Shown in pieces: positions 13,540 through 27,350 of a DNA stretch of 64,000 nucleotides (the stretch's first letter is position 1; every line of letters starts with the position of its first letter). The notes beneath the pieces were generated by a model, which saw nothing but the letters and a program-made list of their open reading frames with translations, had not been told where the DNA came from and searched no databases. This DNA comes from Glaucostegus cemiculus (Eukaryota): contig CDPCPM010000418.1 of assembly GCA_976551045.1 (NCBI GenBank), positions 3,410,001 to 3,474,000 on the forward strand, written 5' to 3'. The translations under genes were made by a program, and so were the position numbers.

Positions 13540-14445
13540 AGAAACAGGAACTGGAGGAAGCCAGCACCACCGTTCAACATGATCATGACTGTTCCAATCT
13601 TGGCTTCAATGCCACTTCCCCACTCCCTCCTTTCACTCCTTGAGTACATCCAATGATTCCACTTCCATGGTTCCCTGAGCTACAGATTTCCAAAGATCCA
13701 TGGCCTCTGAGAAAAGAAATTCCTCCTAACCCTACTAAAAGAAACATCCTTTCAGCATTTACCCCGTCAACCTACTCAGAACTTTGTATGTTTCAAACCT
13801 CTCATTTTTCTAAACTTCCATGAATACAGACCCAACTTGCTTGACTTTCTTCATACGTCAATCCTTTTATCCCAGGAATCAACCAAATGAATCTTCTGCA
13901 CTGCCCCCAACACAAGCACATCCTCCCTTAAATATGGAGACTGAAGCAATAGGCAGTACTCCAGGTGTGGTCTCACCAGCATCCGGTAAAGTTGCATCAA
14001 GACTTCCCTACCTTTTGTTCTATGTCTTATGCTATAAAGGACACCATTCCATTAGTCTTCCTAATTATATGCGTGCTAACATTTTATGTTTCATGTACTA
14101 AGACACTCAGATCCCCCTTGTACCACAATATTTTGAAGTCCATTTAAATAATTTGCTTTGTCATTCCTCCTTCCCAAATGGATACCCTCTCAGTTCTCCA
14201 CATTATACTCCATCTTTTAACTTCTTACCCATTCACTTAACTTATCTATGTCTCCTTGAAGCCTATTTTTGACACCCTCAACTCTTACTAATCTTTGTCT
14301 CACCAGTGTCTTTGGCTACAGTATTCTTGATCCCTTCATCTAAGTTATTAATATAGACTGTGAATTATTGAGGCCCCAGCAATATCCCTTTAGTTACTGA
14401 CTGCCAATCCAAAAATGAACCATTTATTCAGACTCTGTTTTCTCC
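13540..14445 (-). mobile_element. CR1-clade LINE 3' portion
   Basis: Reverse-strand CR1 RT/3' sequence (cagtactccaggtgtggtctcacc; ttctccacattatactccatc). Confidence 0.7.
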
Positions 14446-15834
14446 AGCAATATGAGGTAGGTAAGGAGGTTGAGCACAGCTCCAGTACTGCAGCCCTATT
14501 CATCATAAGAGACAGCAATGTAAACTATAGATTTATAGACTGAGACCTCTGGGCAAATGATGTTCTAATGCTAGTGGTAATTTACTTGAAAAATATAAAA
14601 CTACAAATAACATATGGGTGTAAACTAAACCTGAAGGACAAGTCGAGCACCACTTTGCATTTGTATAATGCCTCTAATGTGTTCAAATATCCCTAGGCAC
14701 TTATTTTGAGAGTTATCAATCAAAATTTGACACCAAGCCACAGAAGAGTGTATTGGAACAGGTGTCGGTAAATTTAGCAAGTAGGCAAGTCTTAAAAAGT
14801 GTCAAAGAAGGAGAGAGGTAGTGATGTGGAGAGACACAGGGAAGAAAGTCCTGAGTTTTGGACTAGGCAGCTGGAGGCACGACTACTGATGGTGAACCAA
14901 TAGAAAACAGGGTATTTGGTGTATGGTATAGCTAGTGGATGCCACAAAGATGGGGAGAAGCCCAGAGCTTGCATGCAAATTCCACCTGGTGGTCACCTCT
15001 TCAATACAAGAACTGTAAACAATAATAGGCCTTACACCTATTGTCCAATATTTCACAAAGATACAAACAGATAGTGTCTTTTCTAGCAGCACATTTTTTG
15101 CTGGGTGGATCCATTCTCTATAGCCTCCCTGCACTAGAAACTCCTTAGGAATACAGACAGGATATCTGTCAACCATCAATGGCATTATGAAGCTTAGATA
15201 TAGTGTGGGCCTTCTGCTTTAACAGTTTTAATGTAGTTGTCTAGACACTGGAGTAATCATTTTGGTACAAGACAATGTTGGATTGTTTCAAATTTAACAA
15301 TTTCAAGATAAATAATGCATGTTTATTGATAAACAATCCTTAGCAACAAAAGTCTATTAACAATGCTAATGAGAGATTTGCTGATAGGACGATTAAGAAT
15401 AAGTTGAAAAGACATGCACATGATTGATTAACATCTTTTTGCTGTAGAGATTTTACTTGGATACATAGCTGGGTACAACTGAAGCAAGTCATTGCCTAAT
15501 GATTTATATTTGGGCTAGAAATTATACCTTTGTTGTATGCATTAAACTCCCAACATAATAATGTATGTACATTGGATACTGGTTCTGAAAGTAGTTAATG
15601 GAAGCAAATTTTAGAACTGAAATTCAGCACACAGAATTTACCATCTCGTGTGTTTGGTACACTGAACAAAAGACAAATTTTTGCTCCAGCACTTTCCCTG
15701 AATCTGCATGTCTGAGGAACATTCCAACCTCATTGATCACATGTCCTGCAAGTAATGACAGTTTAACCTCCATTAGAAGTACCAAGTCCAGCTGACCTAT
15801 AACTGCCTTGTCCAATGCTCTCACATTGGTTACT

Positions 15835-16990
15835 TGACTGGACTACATGATATCAAGAAACGATTGAAAGCACTGGATACAGTAAAGGCTATGAGGCTAA
15901 ACAACATCCCAGGTATAGCATGGCATCAAGACAGCATGTTAAAACTGCTCATTAGGCATCAAAGGGAAAACACTCCAATGGTTGGACTCATTCCCCACAC
16001 AAAGGAAGATGGTTGTGGTTGTCAAATATCAATCATCCCAGTCTCAGAACATCACTGCAGGAGCTCCATAGGGCAGTGTCCTAGACCCAACCATCTTCAA
16101 CTGCTTCATCAGTTACCTTTCTTGCATTATAATGTCAAAAATGGCGATGTTCACGATGTTAACTGATGAATGCACATTGTTTCACAACTCCTCACCAAAT
16201 GAAGCAGTCCAGACTTGGATGCAACAAGAACCAGACAACAATGAGGCATGGACTGACAAGTGGCAAGAGTGCCTGACAACGACCATCTCCAACAAGAGTC
16301 GGTCTAACCATCTACTCTTGACAGTCAATGATATTCCCATAACTGAGTTTCCCACCATGAATATCTTAGGGTCACTGTTGAACAGAAATTCAAATAGACA
16401 AGTCACATAAATACAATGGTTTCAAAAGCAGGTCAGAGGCTGGATAACCCTTCAGAATTCCAAGGTCTTTGCACAATTTACTGGCTACAGCTCAGAAGGA
16501 CGGAATAGACCCTTCTTGTCTGGATAAGTCCAGGGCCAACAACTCTCAGGAAGCTCAACACCATCCAGAACAAAGCAGCCCATTTGAGTGGCACCCATTA
16601 ATTACTGTAGACATGCATTTGTTCCACCTTCAATGCACAATGCCTTCAGTGTGTATCATCTACAAAATGCACTGCAGGTATTTGCATAAGCTACTCTGAT
16701 AGCACCTGCCTATCCTACGATCTCCAAAAGAACAGGTGCAGCAGATGCTTGGAAATACCACCACCTGCAAGTCTCTTCCAAGTTGGGAACAATCTTGACT
16801 TGGAAATATATCACCAATCCTTCCTCATCATTGGGTCTAAACCCTGCCCAAAAACATTGCAGGAGCACTTTCACCAAAGGGACTGCAATCGTTCAATAAG
16901 GCAGCTTACCACCATTTTTTCAAAAGTAATTGTGGATAGGCAATAAATGTTGGCCATGCCAAAGTCCATATCCTGAAAATGAATATAAAC
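15835..16990 (+). mobile_element. CR1/L2-group LINE (second family), degenerate RT and 3' end
   Basis: DIKKRLKALDTVKAM, gggcagtgtcctagacccaaccatcttc (GSVLGP-like) and WTDKWQ motifs. Confidence 0.75.
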
Positions 16991-17779
16991 CATGCCAATA
17001 CTTGCCAACACCCGTCTTCCCACATTATCCTAAAGCAAACTACTTTTCTAATTGGATGACTCATCACTTTCAGTCAAGAACCTTTGACTTCTCTATTCCC
17101 AATAACCTTACAAGTAATGAGCCAGCAACACAGTGACCTATGTCAGTCTTATTTTAATGAATTAAATGGCTTTTCTTGTTATATTGGATGCTGATACTGT
17201 CATTATTTTGCAAAAGATTGTTGCTGTTGCATTACAAGCCAGAACATTTCAAGGTATATTTGACACACTGTTTGAAATTGAAAGATGCAATAGACAAAGT
17301 AACAGTGCTCAGCTACAGACACCCAACTGAGCATAATATGACAAATAGATTTGCAGTGTTCTTCAAAGGTACAAAAAAATGGCCTGGCACTTGCTTGTCA
17401 AAGTGGTAGGCAGCATCTAGAATTATCAGATCCAAAATTCACAAAGCAGGGAATGTCAAGAAAGTAACACAAGTCAAATGTCAGAGCCTCCAGCAATTTC
17501 ACAAAACCCGTGTAATCTTCAGTATGTGGTTACTTGCTATTGGTGGTTTATTCTTGGTCCTTCTACAAGCACATAGCCATTAATAGATCTAACAGCTAAC
17601 TGACAGTCAAACATTTCACACCACTTCAGATCAAACCTGTTGGTAGTCATACACAGCCTAGTTTGATGCTCTTGGTTTCAACCCTGCAGGTTTATGAACC
17701 ATCCATATACAAAGAATCAATTTTGGTTTGATCATACTTGACAGGTATTTGCACTGTTCTACAAAGGAAAGAGAAAAGG

Positions 17780-18150
17780 AAAGAGTTTGTATTTATTTGA
17801 CACCATTTGTGACCTCATTAGGTGCCAGTGTTTACTACCAAAGAAGCATAGTCACATTTGCAATGTGGCAATTGTATAGAGCAGTATTCCCTCAAGCAGC
17901 GACTTGACAATAATCAATGATAGGGTCTTTTTCCAATCCTGCCATTTGAGTGATGAATATTGGCCATGGCCACTGATCTCTCATTGCTGGCCTGAAATCT
18001 TCTGGGCCAACCTTGGTTTAACATCTCCAAAGAAAAGCATCGCCAACAATGCAGTGCACCCTCAGTACATTAATGTAGCGTCAGACTAGATTATGGTTCC
18101 AAGAGCTGAAGTAGAACTCAAACCTACAACTTTTTGATTCAAAGGCAAGA
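17780..18150 (-). mobile_element. Deu-domain SINE
   Basis: Reverse Deu core (gatgaatattggcca) and head (aacctacaactttttgattcaaaggc). Confidence 0.55.
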
Positions 18151-18534
18151 GTAAAAGTAAATGTTTGTAGTCATCAGTACCGTTCTGTTCTTTAATTTCC
18201 ATACATGCTCAGTGTCCAGATGAAGTCCTGGTCACACATCACCCAAGTAGATCATCAAACTTTGTTTTCAGGATCTGTAGTTCTCATTTTCCTGTCTAGA
18301 TCCCTTCATGATCTCACACCCTCCCTGTGCCCATTGCCTCCACCAATTCTGGCCAAATTTTCGCCACTGCACTGGGGCCAAGGCTTCAGTTGCCTATGCC
18401 CTAAGTCCCGGCATTCCATCCCCAAACGTCTCCTTTGAGATGATTCACAAACATAACTCTTCTAGCAAGAATCTATTTATCTGCCTTAATATTTCTTTGT
18501 GTGCCTCGGTCAAATTTTGTTCAATAAATTAAAA

Positions 18535-19310
18535 TAAATTGGTTTATTATTGTCACATGTACTGAGGTACAGTGAAAAACTTTGTTCTGCATGTCATCCA
18601 TACAGATCGTTTCACTACAACAGTGCATTGAGGTAGTACAAGGGAAAAACAATAACAGAATGCAGAATAAAGTGTTACAGTTACAGAGAAAGTGCAGTGC
18701 AGGCAGACAATAAGGTGCAAGGCCATAATGAGGTAGATTGTGAGGTCAAGGGTCCATCTTATCGTACTAGGGAATCATTCATTAGTCTTATAACCGTGGG
18801 ATAGAAGCGGTCCTTAAGCCTGGTGGTATATGCTTTCAGGCATTTCTATCTTCTGCCTGAAGAGAGGGGGGAAGAAGAGAGAATGTCTGGAGTTGTTGTA
18901 AACAGGAGTTTGTGCACCCCCCCTTTTTCTGAAGTCAATGACCAGCTCTTTTGTTTTGCAAACATTGAAGGAAAGGTTGTTGTCATGACACCATACCACT
19001 AGGCTCTCTGTCTCTTTCCTGTACTCCGACCACCTTTATTTGAGATTCAGCCCATTACGGTGGTGTCATCTGCAAACATGTAGATAGAGTTATAGCAGAA
19101 TCTGGCCACGCAGTTGTGAGTGTATAGGGAGTAAAGTAGGGGGCTGAGGATGAAGCCTTGCAGGGCACCATTATTGAGAATACTTGTGACGGAGGTGTTG
19201 CTGCCTATCCTTACTGATTGCAGTGTGTTGGTCAGGAAGTCAAAGATCCAGTTGCAAAGGGAGGTGTTGAGTCCCAAGTCTATGAGTTTGGAGATGAGTT
19301 TGCTTGGAAT
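18535..19310 (-). mobile_element. Rex1/Babar LINE with internal deletion
   Basis: [16 protein letters not shown]...[13 protein letters not shown]...FADDTTV and WCHDNNLSFNVCKTKELVIDFRK are typical Rex1 RT motifs. Confidence 0.9.
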
Positions 19311-19435
19311 TTAAAACATCACCTTGTGATTTTTGAATACATGGAAGACACTATATAGATGTCATTGAATAAAACTTCCTCTGACTCAGTGACCTGACGT
19401 TGGAGGATGGCTGCTTTGCCTTTTGTCTAATTATA

Positions 19436-19451
19436 TAGTGACCTCTGCTGG
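19436..19451 (-). promoter_or_regulatory. CTCF-like motif
   Basis: Minus strand reads ccagcagaggtcacta, close to the CTCF consensus; motif match only. Confidence 0.45.
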
Positions 19452-20299
19452 AAAGTGCTAAGCCCTTGAATATTAGATGAGAATGGGATCTTGCTTGTCC
19501 TTTGATCCCTAATCCTTAGTCCGCAATGCTCACTGGCCAGCCCCAAGAGTCGAGAATGACTTGCCTGATAAAGGAGCAGGGGGTAGATTAGGAGAAAATG
19601 GGCTGCGGTAGGATGGTGGTGCTAGGAAGCCAAAGGGCCAATGGGCACAGTACCCCCCAGTCTCCGCATTTAGAACTGTAGCGGAGAAAACCGAGAGAAG
19701 TTTTAAGAAGCAAACAATGCTGTATGCCTGAAACAAGTGAGAGAGAATGTTGCAGGCACTTGGGATTTGATAACTAGAATTCATGGCCCTGCTAACAGAA
19801 AGCCAGAATGTGTGAAGACTTTTTTTTAATTCACGTCACATACCATTCACTGAATTAAACAAACAAGAAGGGGGCATTTCAGGATAAATGGTTCAACAAG
19901 TCTGTCCAAAGACAAAAAAAAATCTGGCACAAATGATTTTTATCGGCATTTGCCTGGAGCCAATTTAAAAGCAGAAAACTGCTAATTGAACAGTCTTGTA
20001 GACGTGGCTCAGTTAAACAGTCATGCGTTCACCTGCCAAACAGAAATCCTTATAGCAGGTTAAACGTGGAGCAGGCAGCTGACTGAATGCATGAAGAAAT
20101 ATTTCTCTCTCTCCCTCTCTCTAGTAGCAGCCATTTTGAGACTCCAAAGAAATCTGTGCACAGAATAAAATGTCCGCCGTTGTCCTACAACCTTACAATT
20201 TCTGAGGAATCAGCAATTTTTTTCATAGCTGAGGGCTCAGAAGCATCTTACATAGATGGTACCATTATACAAAATTGAAGTTAACACATTCAGTGCTTT

Positions 20300-20860
20300 A
20301 CCCAATATAGTGTCTTGGTCAGACCACACTTGGGGCATCGTACACAATTCTATTCTCCACACACCACAAGAGAGAGGACAAGAAGTGCTAGAGAAAGTGC
20401 AAATAAATAGTTGCAATGATGACCCTAGAACTAAGAATTTACAGCCGTCAAAAAAAAACCAACTTAACAGGCTGGGCCGCTTTTTTTTTGGGAAAATAAA
20501 ATGCTGAGGGGTGACCTGATGGAAGTCTTTAAAATGATGGGTGGGTTTAGCAAGGTGGACAGACAGAGGATGCGATAGAGGCCAAAACAAGAGTAAAAAA
20601 TATTAAAGAAACATTAATTAATCCAACAAAGAATACAATAAAAGAGTCTTTGCCCAAAGAGCAGTAAGAATGCATTACCTCCCGCAAGCATTGGTTTAAT
20701 TGAATACCACAGATGCATTTAAAATGAAGCTGGTGAACAGGAAATGCTGTTATAGGACAAGATGAAGGAAGGCAATGGGATGCTTAGAGTAAAAAATAGT
20801 GACCAGAAAAATTAGGCTGAATGGACTCACTCTGTGCAGTACATTCTATACAAATCTATA
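20300..20860 (+). mobile_element. CR1-clade LINE 3' end
   Basis: LEKVQ and LRGDLMEVFKMM motifs; tail ctctgtgcagtacattctat. Confidence 0.7.
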
Positions 20861-21849
20861 TATTAGTGTTGGTTCATATAAGCAGATCCTTAAGTTGAGA
20901 ATGAAAGGCCATCAGATCACAGATGGCTTTTGAGACTTGCTGCTGATATAAGTTCATTATAAGCTTGGGTGATTAACGATTTGAGACCCAGTGATAGTAG
21001 AGTGTTCTTATTTTCCACAGGGTTTTGTACCTAGAACCTTATCCCTGGTCAGCAGCAATAAACCCCACCGTATAGTAGCATCACCGCATTAAGCCCTGCC
21101 GAGAAACTCATAGCAATTGTAATGCAATGATTTTCAGAGATAGCGTACAACTCATTTATACTTTGGGTCTAACACCACCAATTGTGTATGAACTTCTAGC
21201 CATTGGAATTCATTTACCAACTCAGAAACATACAGCCAATATACAGACTGGAATACAACAGGGATGATCTTAATGCCAACTCCCAATCAAATGGTGTCTA
21301 ATTTACGCCCACCTGTTTCATCTCCTCCCACAACCCTACCTTTGGACCGCCCATTTCTCCTCACATTGCTTATTTCCTCCTTCCCCCAATTGCCTGCCCT
21401 TCCTGACCCCTCATCTTCCACCCAATTTCTACTCCCAAATCTGAATGCCTTTATTCCTGAAAGCCTGCCATGCCCAATTAATATTCCCATACCTATCATT
21501 CCTCTTTTCTCCCAATTGTTACCTCCCCATCCTTCATCAAATTGTTGTACACCTCCTAACCATTAAGATCTAATATCCAATTGTGCTTCACCAGCAGATC
21601 TGAGCAGTTCAACAGCTTTCTGGAAATGAGACTCAAGTTCTGAAAGACACCAGCCTTCTCCATTCAGGAGTGGGGATTGTACCCTGTGGACTCTCACATG
21701 CCCATTAATGTAACAGATCATTGTATTGCATTTCAAGTAAAACAACTTGCCTTATATCACTCTTTATGGAACATACAGTACAATTCCACACCTTTCTATG
21801 AATTCCATCAGTGACATCCATTGTATATTATACAATCTAGCTTGCATTA

Positions 21850-21980
21850 TATTAAAAGTCTTCAACCTGAAATGTTAACTCTGCTTCTTTCTCCACAGAT
21901 GTCGATCACCTGCTGAGTATCTCCAGCATTTCTGTCTTTATTTCAGATTTCCAGCTTCTGCAGTATTCTATTTTTGCTGT
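21850..21980 (+). mobile_element. Penelope-type terminal-repeat fragment
   Basis: ctgaaatgttaactctg...ctccacagatg...ctgctgagtatctccagcattt...tcagatttccagc; related copies near 24230, 43300, 49780 and 53400. Confidence 0.55.
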
Positions 21981-24224
21981 CACCGCTCCAGGTTGCGATA
22001 TCCTCTGCATGACACAAACTTGCCTGCTTTATCCCATAACTAACGGAATCCAGCCTTCATATTCCTGCATGTAACAGAACCCAGCCTATATTATGCTATA
22101 CCTAGTGCAGTCCAGATTACACTAAACTGTGTATAATACAATCTAGCCTCTGTTTTCCCAGGTAATGCACTTGAGTGTATGTGTTATCCTGTATGCCAAT
22201 TATTGTCAGCTCTAAATGTCCTAGGGGTAAATTTTTTAATTTAATTAATTAAAAGTTTGCAAAAGTTACGTTTTCAAAGGGTTATTTTCAGCTGGCTTAA
22301 AGAGGGTGTCCATAATCAGCCGGATTTGCTGGCTATGGCCTTGATTTCAAAGGGAACCATTGGCATTCAGCCATTCGAACCAAAGTAAATCCTGGGGGTC
22401 TGTATCTGTCACCCTGCTCCGTCACTGGACTCCACGTGGAACCCGTTCTTGCTGGGTTCCCCAGCTTTACTCTGGGGAATCTCCACACAGATCCTGTGCC
22501 AGTCACACCTGGCATAGCATGCAAAACATTATTGATTTCAGTGAAGATCTTCAGCCTGTGGATTCGGAGGCAAAGTGTTTTTCAAGTGTTTTTAATGAAC
22601 ATTATTTATTTTAATGACTAATTTCAATGTTAATAGCTTTGAACTATCTCTGAATGTCAGGCATATAAAAACTGCAATTCAATGGCAGCTTTGACAGCAG
22701 GTGAAGCTACACCTTCAGCTTTGCCTTTTGTCTCAGGCTATCAGGGGCATTCCAGCCCCTCTGCATGACTCTGCTCCAGGTCTAGCCACTGTCTGGACAT
22801 GAGATCAGCCTCCACATCAGGCCCAGAGAACTGGGCTTATACGAAAGGCAAGTAATGATTCCGGGTTGCAGGCTAGCATTTAATGGGTCATCATTAACTG
22901 GCCTACTAAAACCCCCCAGCATATTGCTTCTGGTAAATTCCAAATGGAAAATAGGACATCATACAAAAGGAATCTGGCAAGACAAAGCATTTTGGTTTAA
23001 TAAACACTGTGTATTTTATCTTGAATGTAAATGTACAACTTTGTTTTCTAGATGAGGCCATGTGGCACTGGCTAGTGCCGTAGGTCATCAGGGCCAGGGT
23101 TAGTGCTTGTCATTCCTCTGTTGTTCTAGTTGGGTAAGGGCATGACAGGCACAGATGTGTCATGTGCTAATTGCACTGTGGAACCAGAGTGGCGAGAATG
23201 TAGACCTCATTGCTACCTGCAGCTGTTGGGGTGAATAACCTTGGTGTCTTTCAGGGAAATCCAGATAAGATGAGCACGAATCAGGAGTCAGATGGGCCAT
23301 GGTTCTGTGCTGTAAATGGAATATAATTTTCAGCACTGTCTAATTTCAAGGCTCTGGAATTACTTCTCCAAATCTCCCTGCCTTTCAATTTCTCTGTTGG
23401 ATGCTCCTTAAAACCTCTCCCTCTGTCCAAGGTCACTCTTTATCTTATTACCTCCTTTTGGCCACACATCAGGTTTTGCCTGGTAGCCCTGTGGACCTAC
23501 TCACTATGCAACATAAACGTTGCTGTTAGCATGCAATCAGTAGCCAGGATTTCATCCTCACAATGTGATCAGTGCTGACAATTCCACACATTATTTGATC
23601 TCTGTGCTGGATAGAAAGTCTGGACTCCTTGCCATGTTTTTAATCCAACTCCAACCAGGTTAAATCTCAGGAATGGTGAGAGCAGGGTGAGGGTGGGATC
23701 ATGCCTTTCAAAGCCAAATAAACTCAATCATGAGTGACAACCTTGAGCACACAGCAAACAGGAACTGCCTTTCACGAGGATCCTTGATTAATGCTTAACT
23801 TGGTTTCATGGTACAGTACCTCTGCAAGGCCGAGTCAGACGAGTCACAAAGGTTTTATGTTCTGGCCTTTAAATACCTTTTTGATTTAATAAGAATGCTT
23901 TATAATGCTTAAGAATGCTTTGCCTTATACATGTTCCTATTTTCTGTATAATCCCTGATCATACAGCCAGGTTGGCGACATCTGTTTCATCATATACACC
24001 GAGAATTTGCTGTCTTGTAAACTCCATGTAGTGCACCACTTCACCAATTTTGAACAAAAGATCTCTTCTATTCCTAATCTATTACTACTTCTTCTGTGGG
24101 GCTTCATGCATAACTCCCGAAACTCTGGGTATTTCAACATGGGGTGGGTCCAAACAGAGGGAACAATGTTGAAAATGAGTCAGTGCACTTTGCTCCCCTC
24201 AACTCTTTATACTGGCTACCTCCC

Positions 24225-24355
24225 CTCAGATGAAGGGTCTCAATTCAAATCGTCAACTGTCCATTTCCTCCACAGATGCTGCCTGACCCGCTGAGTTCCA
24301 CCAGCAGTTTGTTTTTTGCTCCAGATTCCAGCAATCTGCAGTCTCGCATCTCCAG
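24225..24355 (+). mobile_element. Penelope-type terminal-repeat fragment
   Basis: cagatgaagggtctc...cagatgctgcctgacccgctgagttcc. Confidence 0.55.
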
Positions 24356-24987
24356 CCCACGTTGAACCCTACTATAAACCACTGGCCATCAAGAGCTCTC
24401 TGGCTGTATCCGGCTCATATCAAGTCCTATTCTTTCATTGCTCTGTGCTCATCTCCTTATACTGGCACATTTCAGCAATTTGTGGATTTTAAAAGTTCTA
24501 TTGTTTTACAAATTATTTTGCCATGGGTTGATGGAAGTAACAGTGCCTTCCTAGTCATGTTCCCTCTCTAGTCCAAAAAACGTCAAAAAGGTTTGCATTT
24601 CTCCAATTCCCAACACTTCACCAGCATAGCTGAGCCTTCAATTACCTTGCCCCATATCCCCCCGCCCAAACTTTGGAACTTCACTTCTGCCACTCCTTCC
24701 TCAAACCACTCCTGCAATCTCTTCTACTTTAAGGCATTATTTAAAACCTATCTCTATCACCTGACCTATTGGGATGGGAAATGGCAGATTTTTAGCTGGT
24801 GGCCCTGCAGAGAAATGCCAACTAACTACAATGCCCAGGTCAGCTTGTTCCAGACTTCCTTACTACACATCTGACCTCCTGTTTAACTCCACGGCTGAAC
24901 AGAGTAATGAGCCCAGAGAGGAGGAGTGCAAACATTTTGAGCCAAGGGGCCAGGAGCATTTCACATCCAGCTCCACAGATTTACTCA

Positions 24988-25312
24988 AGGGTGGCACAGC
25001 AGCACAGGTAGTAGAGCTGTTGCCTCAGTGCTCCAGTGACTGGGGTTCAGTCCTGACCTCCAGTGCTGTATGTGCACAGTCTCCCAGTGGGTAACCTCTG
25101 AGTGATCTAATTTCCTACAGTTGTGGGTATGTAGGTTAATTGGCCACTGTAAATTGCCCCAGTGTGTAGGTGAGTGGTGGAATCTAGAGGGAAATGGTGG
25201 GAATGTGGGGAGAATGAAATAGGCTTAATGCAGGATTACTGATGATGGGCACTTGATAGTTGGCATGAACTTCATAGGCCAAACAACATATTTTCATGCT
25301 CTATGACTCTAC
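24988..25312 (+). mobile_element. HE1-type V-SINE, near full length
   Basis: tRNA-like head gggtggcacagcagcacaggtagtagagctgttgcctca...gggttcagtcct; ttggccactgtaaattgcccc; tail ctctatgactct shared with the HER1-type CR1. Confidence 0.8.
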
Positions 25313-27084
25313 GATGGCTGGCATATTTAGCAATGACCTTTGACTGAGGTTGTGATGCTGGATTGAAAAGCTTAGAGCAGGTAAATATTATTTAATTTAA
25401 TTTAAATGTTTTTAATTAACATTAAGGTAAATTTATTCCTTTACAGGTAATTTTTTGTCAAATTATTTAATTTTTTCTTCAACCATTCTTAAAAGCTGTT
25501 CATAAGCCTTTGACAGCAATTAACCTCACCACTTAGACTTCCCGAGAAATGTGCTGCCTTCTCAAACTGGTTCACAGGGTGTGAACGTTACTGGCAATGC
25601 TGGTATCATCCTTAGTAGCCTCTATCCTGAGGAGGCATCAAAACTCAATTACATCAGTGGGACCAGAGTCACACTGCAGGACCTTAGTGAGTCAGATGGC
25701 TTTCATGACAATCCAGTAGTTTCAAGTTACTGTTATTTTGACAAGTTTTTTTGTAATTCTAAACTAATTTAAGGACTAGAATTTAAATTCCACACATGCT
25801 ATGGTGAGATTTGAATGTGCTTCTGAACTTTGTTTGCTGGACCAGTCACCACCATTATGCTACCGTACCTGTTACTATTGTAGGAAAGCAATTAATTCTG
25901 GCTTTGGGTTGGACCGAGAGTTTAGTGAGGATTGGATCTAGTTCCAAAAGTATATTGAGAGATAGTAAAACACTACCCCTCTGAGACTTGATCTTGTATG
26001 GTTATAGCAGGAGACATTGCCATGGGTAAGATTCGGCAACAAAACTGAGGTGTATACATTATGTAGCTGTCTCATTCCCCTACCTTGCCTGGTTACTAAT
26101 TGAAGATTGAATTGGAGCATCTGATAATCTCCATTTGAATTCACTTGGATTACAGCCCTTTTGGGCATCCCTTCCAAATTACCCTCCTGTCTCTGTGCAA
26201 GGGATGCTTGCTCGACATGCAATCCAAAGCTAGAGAGGAGGGGATGATAATTCTCTACAACATCCCCAAGACTCCAACAATAGACAGGGCTGAGTAACTA
26301 ACAGAGAATGACCAAGATTGTTTCCCTTAAATAATTTCTGTTACTTATCATAACAATATAATGAATGGGAAAACTGGCTGTATGACTGAAAGTCAGAGTT
26401 CATCCAAATGAACAATGTTTACTTTGCTCAGTTTCCGATAGACAGATGAAGACAGGATTGACTGGCATGAATAATATGAGTAACCAATGACTGAGCAATG
26501 TCCATCAAGAGCTAGGAACTTAGGCAAAATATGCCCTGAAATTCAATTGCATAATGTTTTTTTTTCCAGGTTTATGCAATCAAAGTTTGAGTGTTTTCTA
26601 TTTCTGGGTCATTTTGCGTAACTCCAGAAATTCCATCATGCATTTCCAGTCAGGAGTTACTGTTGGAAATTTGATGAGATTTCCTTCTGGGGCACAAGGG
26701 ATGATATCATTCCCTGTGCAATGCCCACTGTTCCAGGGGAACTTGAACCACAAATGTGACCATTCTTGGACACTCCTTGGACCACTTGCATGGCACCAGA
26801 ATAGGACCCCATCAGATGTCCCTTTCTTATCTTTAATCCCAAGGGCACTCTCACCAACATTGCATCAATCGCCCCCATCACATCCCCAACCCCTCCCTGT
26901 AAGGCACAGGTTATGATCACTTGATAATCCATCCCTGAAACATGAACTGCTGAGACTGCTGAAGGAGGCCTCAATTTCTCACCCTACATCATCTTTGGCT
27001 CAATCCCTCTCCTCCTGAATCCCTGACCATCACAGCAAAGGCCCCTGATATCTACACCCACCAATATTCCTCTGATTATTGCAG

Positions 27085-27350
27085 CATTGAACTCAAATAA
27101 GAAATTTGGCATGTCCCCTTTGACCCTCACCATTTTTTTATATCAATGCAGCATGGAAAACATCCCGTCTGGATGCATCACAGCTTGGTATGGCAACTGC
27201 TCTGCCCAAGACCACAAGAAACTGCAGAAAGATGTGGACACAGCTCAGCACATTACGGAAACCAGCCTCCGCTCGGTGGACTCTGTCTATACTTCTCACT
27301 ACCTTGGCATAATCAAAGACCCCACCCACCCTGGACACTCCCTCTTCTCA
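27085..27350 (+). mobile_element. Rex1 LINE 3' fragment
   Basis: GCITAWYGNCSAQDHKKLQ...IIKDPTHPGHSLF. Confidence 0.85.

Noticed and set aside
24988-25070. tRNA-like sequence
   Set aside because: Head of an HE1-type SINE; no intact cloverleaf.
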